This document shows positions 1-11,355 of a DNA stretch of 20,000 nt, in pieces. Source of the DNA: Paramecium tetraurelia. Taxonomy: Eukaryota. The stretch is from positions 242,694 through 262,693 of the forward strand of contig CT868022.1 of assembly GCA_000165425.1 (NCBI GenBank), read 5' to 3'. The position numbers and the translations under genes were made by a program. Position 1 is the first letter of the stretch; every line of letters starts with the position of its first letter. The notes beneath the pieces are model-generated. The model made no database searches. It was not told where the DNA came from and saw nothing but the letters and a program-made list of their open reading frames with translations.

Positions 1-22
1 TATATATATAAAGATAGAATAA

Positions 23-726
23 TCATGATGATGGTTTTGTCTGTAACTGTAAGATCTTCTCAAATTAGGATTAGATTTTCTGTTTTTCCTTGACTTACAT
101 GATTTATTTTCCAGATTTCAGATTATTTTAAGTTTATCCAGAATTTTCATAGGTTGGCTTGTTGCCAAAATTTTGTAAATCGGAAATGGTGAAATCGGTG
201 TACTGCTTATTTCTAACTTTATCTTCTGTTTTTTTGAATTCCATATTGATGATATCAAATATTTGTTCTGTTTCTTCTTATTCATAATCCCACCAACCAT
301 CTAGCCAGCCCTTCGATTCTAATTCAGGATAGACGTATCCATATTTTCTTTTCATTTCTACCATTCTTCTTGGTATGGCAACGTTATGAATATACCAAAG
401 TAAGACTAAGGCAAATCCCATTGGATAGATGAAAGCAAAAGTGAATTTTTTAGGAGTCATTCTAGGAGACCAGAGAATGGAATTTTTATATTTTTCCAGC
501 TATTCAATTTAATCTGCAACAGCCAACTCATATGGTATTTTGTAGGGATTGGTCATTGAATTTCCTCCTTTTATTCTAAGCTTAGGATTCTTATTCATAA
601 CGTGCAACACAATTGCTTTTCTAGTCTAGATTTACATTGAACAATTACTTCGACAGGCAAATTAGCCTGATAATCATAAATAGTCGGTGTTTTGATGAGT
701 ACCTTTTTAGGATTTAATTTAAACAT
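23..726 (-). CDS. Hypothetical single-pass membrane protein, ~226 aa
   Basis: Table 6 translation from ATG (726-724) to TGA (25-23), with one 23-nt GT-AG intron at 626-648 needed to avoid a TGA. Protein MFKLNPKKVLIKTPTIYDYQANLPVE/TRKAIVLHVMNK...WSPRMTPKKFTFAFIYPMGFALVLLWYIHNVAIPRR...GWLDGWWDYEQEETEQ...QTKPSS. One hydrophobic helix (FTFAFIYPMGFALVLLWYI). Includes the supplied 278..460 ORF. Family not recognised. Confidence 0.85.
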
Positions 727-756
727 AATTATTAATTAAATAAAATACAATAGATA
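727..756. promoter_or_regulatory. Very short AT-rich head-to-head intergenic spacer (putative bidirectional promoter)
   Basis: 30 nt, almost pure A/T, between the minus-strand ATG at 726 and the plus-strand ATG at 757. Function is inferred from position only. Confidence 0.3.
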
Positions 757-2006
757 ATGTAAAAAGAAAGAGAGATAATTGATAAAACATTTTGCTGAAG
801 CTAAGTATTTTGATACCAATGATGAGAAATTGATAAAGGAGTAAGCAAAGAAAAGAGGGAGATGAAAAAATCTAATAGGATTGAATAGTTTTATATAGAG
901 AATTGGGAAAATAACTCTATTTGGAAATTAACAATCGTTTGTTAGATTATTTCACAAAGTGTTAGAGCAGTATTAGTAAATGAGATTAATATCATTAATG
1001 AAAAGAACTGAGATTAAGAAAATAATAGAATGATTACTTCAGTTGATTTATGATAATAATAAAATATGAATAAATATACTAATATAGTATTAGGTGAAAC
1101 AGATCAAAAGTTTAGTTGGAATGTTAATGCATGAAATTTCTTTAAAAAATTAATAATTGAAGTGCAGGGCTTGAATATTTGGAGTGATAAATTATAATAT
1201 GAAAAAACTTAATTATAAATCAATTCAATAAAATGTCAATTAGTTAATTGCTACATATATAGCTTCAAGGTGATTGGATATTAAGAATTTAAGAACTCTC
1301 TATTTTATATTCCCTAAAAAGGTTCCTGATATTTATAACCATCAAATTCTAAATACCGTAAGAACATGAAATTTTCTTGTGGTTGCATATTCAGTGATGT
1401 GGATATAGGATTTGAAACTTTCTATATGTTACTAAGAAGAATTGAATTATCAAGACAAATTGTACAAGAGAGAATTAGATTGAATTACAAATTTGGATGA
1501 TCAACATAAATGGTGAGAAAGAAAAATAAAATAGTCTGAGATCATGAAATTCTACATTAGGCTCTTAAAGATGGAACAATTCGAAAGTAGTTTGGATTCG
1601 ATGAAGAAGAGACCAAGAAATAAAAAAAAAATAAAAAAAAATAGAATAATCCAGGAAAACTAGAAAATCTAGTAAAAATTCAAAATCTTCCCCTACTGTG
1701 ACTTTGGCTGAACCTAAAATGACTATTATTTGATAATTTAGATGGTAGGATTTTCAACATAATGAAAATGATGAAAATTAAGCTTCCACTGTAGCTATTT
1801 GATAATCAAAGAGGGATCAAGCCGCATAGTATTTTTAGGAATATATGAGATGATAATTAAGGAGCTGGATTCAAATATAACTGTTTGGCTTAGACTACTA
1901 ATAGGAAAAGTGTTGTTAAATTTGTGGATGATGCCTAATATTAGTCTAATGAGCAGGAGAAGAAATAATGTGATTCTTTATTTATATATATGATCATATA
2001 ATAATG
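757..2006 (+). pseudogene. Probable decayed protein-coding gene (frameshifts and in-frame TGA)
   Basis: ATG at 757 lies 30 nt from the divergent ATG at 726 but reaches TGA at 796-798. Protein-like, purine-rich fragments continue in shifting frames (LIKHFAEAKYFDTNDEKLIKEQAKKRG; HQALKDGTIRKQFGFDEEETKK; DDNQGAGFKYNCLAQTTNRKSVVKFVDDAQYQSNEQEKK). All frames are interrupted by TGA and I found no 20-30 nt GT-AG introns that repair them. Boundaries approximate. Confidence 0.45.
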
Positions 2007-2089
2007 AGAGGGCTATGCTTAGTTTTAGTTTATAATGCGAACATTTTGAAATAAATTAAAAAAGATTTTAATTTTTTCTTGAAACAATT

Positions 2090-2998
2090 ATGGTAAAAAC
2101 TATGTCGATGTCAATTTTAGGCAAGAGGACCAAAGAAACACATGAAAAGAATCACAGCACCCAAAAGTTGGATGCTTTCAAAATTAGGAGGAAATTGGAC
2201 CACAAGACCATCATAAGGACCTCATAAATTAAGAGAATCAATTCCACTTTCTGTCATATTGCAACATAAATTGAAATATGCCTTGTATGCTAGAGAATCT
2301 ACCATGATACTCGCTGATAAGGACGGCAACATTAAGGTTGATGGAAAAGTGAGAACTGATAGTGGATATCCAGTCGGATTATAGGGTATCTACTTTTCAT
2401 ATCATCCTTATAGATGTCATCACAATTGATAAAACAAGAGAAAGTTATAGAGTTTTATATGATGTTCAAGGCAAATTCATCTTAAAATCCATCAAACCAG
2501 AAGAAGCTAAATTCAAGCTTGTTAAAGTCACCTAAAAGAAGGTTGGTCCAAACAATGTCCCATACATTGTCACCAATGATGCCAGAACCATCAGATATCC
2601 AAATCCAGATATTCATGTTAATGACACTCTTAAAATCGATTTAGAATCAGGAAAGGTTGTTGAATTCCTCAAAGAAGAACCAGGTATTTCAAAATTACTA
2701 TTCATTTTAGGAAACTTATGTTACATCATTGGAGGTAACAATATTGGAAGAGTTGGACTCATTCAACACAGAGAAAGACATCTTGGATCATTTGATATTG
2801 TCCATGTTAAAGTAATCATTCATTTCAACATATCACTAGGATTCTAACGGAAAACACTTCTCCACCAGAATCAATAATATCTTCACTATTGGTAAAGGCA
2901 AAAAGTCATTGATCTCCCTCCCAGACGATAATGGTTTGTATTTGACTGCACTTGAAAAAAAATAAGCCAAAGATCACTAGGAAGTTGGAAAGGAATGA
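2090..2998 (+). CDS. RPS4: 40S ribosomal protein S4 (eS4), 265 aa
   Basis: Translates as [44 protein letters not shown]...[20 protein letters not shown]...[16 protein letters not shown]...[29 protein letters not shown]...EVGKE, the classic eS4 signature. Four GT-AG introns: 2093-2120 (28 nt, directly after the ATG), 2386-2413 (28), 2684-2710 (27), 2812-2839 (28). TGA at 2996-2998. Confidence 0.98.
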
Positions 2999-3180
2999 TG
3001 ATTCATTAAAACATATCAGTATAGTACAAAATTATCTATCTAATCATTTATCCTTAGTTTTCTATTCTCTTCATTAATATTATTAGACTGTCTATCTGTC
3101 CATATTTTTAAATGAAAAATAGAGAAATAGATTAAGGGTTTTCAACTTGATCTTTATACAATTAATTAATATATATTAAA

Positions 3181-4151
3181 TCATTTCTTAGATCTTATCC
3201 AAAGTGTTGTTCCTAACACTATAAATATTGAAACTTCAGAAAATAAGAAATGACAGTAAGTTTCGATGAATCTAATTATTATAATTAGTTAATACTGCTC
3301 TTGGTAGCATAAGTAAAAAAAGAAACAAAGAAGGCAAAATTAACTCATGAGTACAACGAACATGATCCACTTCTAATTTATGATTCTTTTAAATGTCTCA
3401 TTTCCATTACTATAATATTTTGAGCATTCTAAGTTCAGTTTTGATATTTGGTATAGTTCATTTATACCCAAATAGAGGAATAATAGGCTGCCATTAAATA
3501 AAATGAGTCTAAATATTGTTATTGTAATAATTACTTCACAAATATTAGTACTACAGTCATAAAACTTTCAAGTAATCTTAGTGAATAAACAATATTTAAT
3601 AACATAAAGATTAATAAGGAGATCTTCATCATAATGTTTGCAGAGCACATCAATTTGTTGTGTTCTTTGTAATTTTGCGAACATATCCAACAAAACTCAT
3701 ATTAACATTTACATGTCATATGATTACATCCCCCATTTTTAAAAATTCTTCTTTGGCATTTCGGACAATCCTTTATAGTGATAAAATTCAAAAATATGCT
3801 TCTTAAATTCCAATTCTCATCTTTTAACTTGAATTGATATCCGCATTCACACTCAAATTACTAGCAATTATTCTTTATTATTCCACCATATTAGCAATCA
3901 TTTCGAGGACATATTCTTATATCCTAAGTAGTTTTAATGTATTTCTCAAGCATGAGATCATTTAATCCCTCCATGTTTTGCATCAATCCTTATACTGAGT
4001 GTTTGCTTTGGCAAGAACCGGGACAATGAATTTCCTCAATCACTTCATAATACTTTGCATCAATTGATTTAAGCATACAGCATTAACAGATTTGACAACT
4101 GCATTGCAATTCCAAAAGTTCTGTCGTATCACAACAAATAGAGCATTCCAT
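3181..4151 (-). CDS. RBR-family (RING1-IBR-Rcat) E3 ubiquitin ligase with C-terminal transmembrane helices, ~306-314 aa
   Basis: ATG at 4151. RING1-like CSICC...CSCQICQCC...CPGSC; IBR-like CPRNDC...CQQFECECGYQF; Rcat [29 protein letters not shown]...H...C with the catalytic GGCNHM motif. About four hydrophobic segments follow. Intron 3509-3534 (26 nt) is required; a possible in-frame 24-nt intron lies at 3272-3295. TGA at 3183-3181. Confidence 0.92.
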
Positions 4152-4496
4152 TTTATTCAGAATAAAACAGAATATATAAAATATAAATTTTTTGAACTCT
4201 TATAATTCAATTAAAAAACTCTAGCATTCTACCATTATAGGATAATAACATATCTAATTAATTAACATCTTACTGTTATAATTTATCGCCTATTAAAATC
4301 TCAAAAATTATCTACAATTTTATAGTTTAAAAATTATCATAAGACAAAGAAGAATTTTGATCAATTGTGCAATTTTAAAGACCCTATAATTAAACAAAAA
4401 TAAACTGAAAAATCTGATATTATAATAATAATAGATAATAAAGATTTTTAATTTAGCGCATAACACATTCCATTTGTTCAATAATTAAATAAAAGA

Positions 4497-7400
4497 ATGA
4501 AATAATTCTCTAAAATGTTAAAGCCTCATGATTTAATTAATCTTTAGAATATAGATTCAAATTTTCAGAAATACTAATTAGTTAGAAATTGTTTTAGATT
4601 GAACATTAATAAGAGTCATTTTGATTAACTACAATAAATCTTAGGATAAACATAGGAATTATTGAATTCTTCTGACTTAGGATTAAAGAATCATCTTCGA
4701 GGAGGAGGCTGTTTAGTTTGCAAGTGCTAAAATACAAATATTAAATATTAATATCCTTCTCATTCCCATTCGTAATATATTACTTAGGTGAATGAACCTA
4801 AAAAGATTTTGGAAGTTAAAGAAATCAAAAAGAAATTAATCGAACATTTCAATTAGAATTCCTAGTTCAAATAATTCATATCAGCGGTAACAAATTGTGA
4901 TGATGATTGTGTCATTTTTACATATTAAACAATATCGATTTATCTTGAAATGTTGTAGAAACAGGAATTTCTCAAAATAGAAAAAAATCAACTCTTTCCA
5001 ATTTATGAATCTATTTAATAAATATCTTAGGATACAGAATGGAAAAAAATAATGTTTTAATTTTATTTCGACTTGTTACAATAAGCAAATGAATTTGGAA
5101 CAAAATCTAATGATCAAATATATGGGCTACTAAGTGACTTCAGTAAATAGGAATAATACACTTAAAACTAATGGGATTAATTAAAAAAGCAAAAAGACAA
5201 GTTTAGCTCTTATGAAACTTTTTATTTTTATTAAGCATACCTGAATAAATTAATCTAGCCTAATAATTTTGGAATTTCGTTGGATACTTTTGCTAATGAT
5301 TTTATTAATAATTAAGATTAAAAGAAATAGATAAATAGCTATCAACTTTTGATAGCAGCATAACTTAATTTGATGTATATATTTAATTTAACAAAATAAA
5401 ATTAGTAGTTAAACAACTTTATAAAAACAGTTTATGAAGTAAAATAGATAATTACAAAAGATGATGAATACTTTGTCAATTCGATCATAAAATAATAAGA
5501 CAAAGGTTATGAAGAAATTTAGATTTGGTTATCATATCACTTTCTCATTCTAGAACATACTTCCATCCTTAATAAGAGTATTTAAGACCATATTACACAA
5601 TTTTTTGAGATTTTGAAAATATATAAAGATAAGGATTTTTTGGAGTAATTGAATTGTATGAAAAATAGATTGGATTAAAAAAATAATTAATTATAAGTAA
5701 TTAATCCACTTGTAAATATAGTTAATGATGGTTTTAAATAGTAATTGAATTATAAAGATTAATTGGATATTGTACGCGAAAAAAAAAAAGACCAAAAATA
5801 CTAGTAGAAATAATATTATATAACTCCTTAAATTAATATCACAACATCTACATCTAAATTAGAGTCAACTTTTGATGAAGAAGTAATAAAAAATCTGTTT
5901 GAAGCATAGGAAGAAGATATATATTGGTTGTTTGGGAAATTTAAGTCTGGTAAAACAGATTTAACAAAGAAAATAATAGACTATTTATGGAAAAATTCTG
6001 ATTAGATCCCAATTTATTTCGATTTAACTGATATAGAATAAAATAAAGAGAAACCAGCTGAATTTTTAAAAACATCTCTAAAATCTGAACCATTTAACCT
6101 TACAGATTAGTAGATTTAAGATTGTTTAAACGCAAATGAAAAATTCGTCATCTTTTTAGATTATTTCGATTAAATGAGCTTAGGGTTTAGAAATAGTAAT
6201 ATCATTAACATGCTTGGCTATAAAGATAAGAAGATAAATTAAAAATTGGTTATAATTACTAGAGAATAGGTGTAAGACCTGCCATCATATCAGCCCTTAA
6301 TTTAAAGAATGATTCGAATTGAATTAAAAGAATTTGATGAAGGGTAAAAGAGAAAATATATTTAATATATCATGAATAAGGAAATTTAAAGCAATTAGAT
6401 TAACATTAATGTTTAGTAAATGATTAGTATCAATTTTAATGATGTCTAAATTTTAATCCAGGAAGACCATGTTAGACAGATTAAGATGTAATTAACTCAG
6501 GAGAATTAATAATCCATTTAAAAAATGGTGCAAAATATGTTATAATTAAACTCTATGATGAAGGACTTATTTGTATCTTGTTTTTCCTTTCATTATCAGT
6601 TCAAATTGCTGCTTAAATTAATTACTTAAAAGAACTCTGAAAAATCTCCTTAAAGATTCTAAGAATATAATAAATCCAAAAATTTAGTTGCTCAGTATCA
6701 AGAATAACAGAAAAAATAATTTAAATAACTATTAGATAGTAATAGTAATTCCTCATCCGACACAAATTCACCCTCTTCCAAAAATGAAGAACCAATTGGG
6801 ATTAATAAAATTTTAGATTCTATACTGACAAAAAGCAATCAGAAATATAGACCTTAATAAGAAGACATTTAAAAAAAATAGATTTTAAATCCTTAACTTA
6901 CAAAATTTGAATATTTTAATTCTCTTGTTGACTAATATATCTAAGATTCTTTTGAAGCAAGGGAATGTATTTGTTCAACTTATAAAATAACTAAAAAAAA
7001 AGTAAGAGAGTTTTAATCTAATCTGGCATTACTAATTTAATAAAAAGGAAATAACGATTAAGAGTCTTAAAACGAATTAATAAAAATATTTTGTCTATTA
7101 AAGTCAGATGGAGAAAAGGAAATATTCATCGACGAAAAATTCAAAGATTTTTTTATTGCAAATTTCGTATTAAGTAAAATTAATCAATTTACAATTGATA
7201 AGTCAATAGAGGAACTTGGTCAATTTAATAATTTGAATTTATGCCAAAACGCTTATGCTGAAGCAGTAGCTTTACTTTCAGATTAACTCTTATTAATATC
7301 TGAAATTAAGAATGTTCTTATTTAATTAATCAAATTATCAAAAAATTAAACTAAATACATAAGATGTTCATCTAATAGTATGTATCTTTTATCAATTCTT

Positions 7401-10400
7401 AAACTAAATTTAGAAGGAGAAGATTTAAGTTAAATCCAAATATCTGAAATACCTATATCAGGATTGAGCTTTTATTATGCAAATTTATGTAATTCACATT
7501 GGGAAAATGTTGATTTAAGTTATTGCAATTTCAATTCAGCAAACTTAACAGGTGCAAAATTGGAAAGTATAAAAGGAATTCTTTAAACACAAACAGACAG
7601 ATAGATTTAGATAAAGTAAAAGGAAGAGAGTAAAATCATCGGAGTTTTAGATCAGAAAAAAAATATATAGTCAAAAGAAAGTCAACATAAGAAAAATTAA
7701 TTAGATTCATTTGATTATCATAGCATTTAAGCAAATGAATCGCAAGTTGAAAATTCATCCAAAAAAAATCATTCAATCTAAAATGATTTATATTCAAACA
7801 TTTCTATTAAAGAAGATAATACGAATAAAATTATATATCAAAAATGCTTTAAGTAACATTGTAGCTCATTTTGTTTTTTAGCATTAAAAGATTAGGTAGT
7901 CTGTGCATTATCAAAGGATAGGATTAAATATAAGATAAATTTTTTGTTTTATAAAAAATAAAATGAGATCGAACCTATAGAAATAGAACACTAATTTGAT
8001 AAAATTACTAAAATGGCTACTTATAAAAATGATTAAATTTTAGTTTTATTAATTAATAACAATAAAATCCTTTTGATTTGGCTTAAGAGAAATTAAGATC
8101 ATTCATACAAACTAGATATTGAAAATAAAACAGAAATCAATGCTGATAATTTTACCATATCAAATTGCAAAATGTTTTTGGCGGCACACAACTGCAATGA
8201 AGTGAAAATCTATGATTAGAAATTGATTGAGGTTTATAAATTTTCATCCGTAAATGATTGGTGGAGATAAATATAATATAAGAGCAAACAAGTCATATTT
8301 GAAAAACCTTAACCAATCAATATTTTTGATTCATAAGTTGAAAATGCTCAATATTCTCCTGATGGATAAAACGTCGTTATATAATTCAAAAGCAAAACAG
8401 AATTTTATAGCATCAAAAATGATGCAGCCGTTTTAGAAATGGAGAAGGTGAATAATTTGATTTTCTCAAAAAATTATTTTGCTACAAGTTCTAATTAAGG
8501 TATTAAAATATATAGCTTTCCAGAATGTGAACTTCTCGATTGGCTACCTTTCAAAGCAAAATTATTAATATTCTCTTATAAATAAGAATAGAAATTGGCA
8601 ATTATAAGTGATTGCAATTTTATTCTTGATTTGAAAGATTTAGAATAAACCTCTCCAAAAATAATTAGGAATTTCAATTAATAAATTTAAGATTCCCCAC
8701 TTATAATTGCTGTTTCAACAAATAAGACATATAAGACAATGGCATAAAATGGATTAATTCATTTTATTGACGATTAGTTTTAAAATGAAAAAAAATAATA
8801 GTATTAAGATGAAACGATTTTATCAATGGGCTTTTTTAAAGATAATATTCATTTAGCTGTTAGAAGCAAAAAGAACAATTAACATATCTTTAGAATGATT
8901 AATTTTAGCACTTAAAAAACCACTTTAGAATGGAAAGAAGATAATTAAACTGAAGATACAGAGTTTTCTAATTAATTCTAATATTTACTGATTGAATAAA
9001 GAATATATGTAATTTCTAATCAAAATAATCGATTAGTCTTTTAAGATGTGACTCAATGGTGTTTAGATTAACGATAAAATGAGAATAATGAGAGAGACAA
9101 ACCTCCAATTATATTAGAACTAACTCATTAAAATAATGAAATATTGTTGGATAAGAGTTAAAAATAAACAATGAATATGGCTTAATTAAATTCAGATATG
9201 CCTGATGAATAATTTTTCTGTTTTAACTTTTCAATTTCTTAAGACCAAACTTATATTGCAGCATGTTTTTCTTAAAAAAAAAATTAATTTAAAAAAAATG
9301 GTTCTACTATCATTATTTGGAAATATATTGATAAATCACCACATGACTATAAATTTGAATTTGACTTTTCTCATGATGCGGGGGTAAATTTATATTTCTT
9401 GGAATACGAAAATCTATTACTTTTGATTTTCAAGTTCAATGAATAATAATGTATTCAACTCGTTTCTATCCAAAATAAAAATAAAACTAGTCTTTGTCTC
9501 AAAACGTCTGACTAACCTATCTAATCTATAGCATTTTCTTCATAGCAACAATAATTTTTTGCTATCCATTCAAATAAGAGCTTTTCTCTTTATGAAATAA
9601 TAAACGAGTAAATAGAATTGAAATATTATTTTAAAGAAACTGAGATACCAATTTATTTTAGTTAAACTGGAACTCATGTAATTTACGCTTTTTAGTAAAG
9701 TATTATTATAAGAAATGTTGATGGTATTCTTGAAAGAATCAAAAATTTCTATTTAAATGGAATAAAATAGCAGATTGATTAAAATGAGGGTATTTGTTTT
9801 TCAGATAATATCACTTATTTGAATCATGAAAATTAAATGATTTATTAATATTCTCAAGATCAATGTCAAAAAATCTCTTTGGGTCATTCATTTATCTCTA
9901 TTAATTGTTCATAATTTTCTTAGGATGAGAACATTTTAATAATTATCTCTGCAAAAGAAAGAGATAAATAATTCTTAAGAATTCTTTTTAAGACTGAAAA
10001 TAACTATAGTTAATAACAAAAAGAATCTGATTTTGATTAAGTTGTTTATTCCTGTAAATTTCTAACAATTAGTTCGTTTATACTTATCTTAAAAGATATC
10101 CTGATTTATGAAATTTCTGATTTTGCAACCAGTGTCAAATAATTAATAAGTTTGCCTAATTTTTTTTACGAGCCATAATAATCGATAGAAACTATAAATG
10201 TTCATCCAAACAGAAAGGATTTTCTCGCAATCACTAAAAGTGGTTAAATATAAATTTATAAGTTGACTCAGGATAAAGAATATAAGTATAAGTTATATAA
10301 AACACTCCCAAGAAATTTATAAGCTAAAGATTGTGTTATATCTAAATTAAATGCTAGCGATTCCATCATAGAACAATTGAAATATTTAGGAGCAATATAT

Positions 10401-10424
10401 GATGAGAAAGATAATTGTAATTGA
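4497..10424 (+). CDS. NACHT (STAND NTPase) - pentapeptide repeat - degenerate WD40/beta-propeller protein (NLR-like), ~1975 aa, intronless
   Basis: One TGA-free frame of 5928 nt in table 6. Walker A WLFGKFKSGKT (G at 5934), Walker B FVIFLDYFDQ (6144-6173), sensor KLVIITR, IELKEFDEGQKRKYI, winged-helix-like FIDEKFKDFFIA (7125-7160), pentapeptide block NLEGEDLSQIQISEIPISGLSFYYANLCNSHWENVDLSYCNFNSANLTGAKL (~7405-7565), then propeller-like blades (AQYSPDGQNVVI, FSISQDQTYIAA, IAFSSQQQQFFAI) and a C-terminal LQAKDCVI...LKYLGAI. The start is the first in-frame ATG; the frame stays open upstream. Confidence 0.9.
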
Positions 10425-11355
10425 TTAAAAATTCAAAATTAAACATTTTTTTTCTTAAATTCAAATAACATTAAAAAAAAAGATACCATTGAAAAAATAC
10501 AAAATACTCTAGACCGACCAAAATTAATCTACTATTTTTGGGTTAATATTGTTTACCTTTCAAATATATTTTTTACATTAATTACTATCTGAAACTATAA
10601 ATAGTTGTATACTACTATTGACATTAATTATTATCATTTATAAGATTAAAAATTAATATTCATATACCTCGCGATTCTAATTCTAAATTAATATTTTAAA
10701 TATTTTTGGAGAAAAAAAAAGGTATTTCTAGAATTGGAATGTAAAATAGATAAAATAAAATTCATCCTTTTAAAATTCAAACTTAATATCTTTAAAAAAT
10801 CACATATAGGATATGATTAACAAGATTATAGTATGAAGATAAATATTAGCAAAATTATTAAAAAATTATTCAAATATTTTTAACTTGATTTTAATAACCC
10901 ATTTTAAAACAAAAAAAGGCAAACATTTCATAACTTCTTAGAGTTGAATGTACTTTGTTACCTTGGAACTACCCCTTTTGAATCAATCTTTTTCGTATAT
11001 ATAATATTTTATAACTATAAATGTTTTATAATCAAAAATTTTATCAAGTTTAATAATAATTTATAAAAATTCCACATCTAATTCTATATATAATATTGAA
11101 TTGAATATTAATTTGGGATTATACAGGAATCGAGGTCTTTTTATAAACATTGAGAGTGAATCAAAAATGGATTATCTTTCACTTAGAAAATCAAGGAATT
11201 ATTTTTCAATTTTTCCTTTTATTACAAATAATCTAAAAGGGAGATCATTTATTTTTTATCATTACAAAGTAGGTAGAGAATTCTCTAAAAAGCAAATTTA
11301 CTGAGGAATTTACTTTATACAATAATACTCTAATTATTAAAAATAATATTTATTA

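Noticed and set aside
118..300. Supplied 60-aa minus-strand ORF
   Set aside because: Alternative frame within the 23-726 gene.
757..2006. Germline IESs interrupting an intact gene
   Set aside because: More than 14 kb of neighbouring coding sequence is uninterrupted, indicating somatic sequence, and I identified no TA-bounded excision that restores a frame.
2093..2120. Intron directly after the RPS4 start codon, containing two extra ATGs
   Set aside because: Start-codon introns are common in ribosomal protein genes, and the internal ATGs are out of frame with the downstream exon.
8254..9387. Supplied ORFs 8254..8436 and 9205..9387
   Set aside because: Off-frame shadows inside the NACHT gene produced by using the standard code.
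10425..11355. Long intergenic stretch including supplied ORF 11101..11304
   Set aside because: The ORF starts at TTG (first ATG gives ~45 aa) and has no motif; a very decayed relic cannot be excluded but is unsupported.
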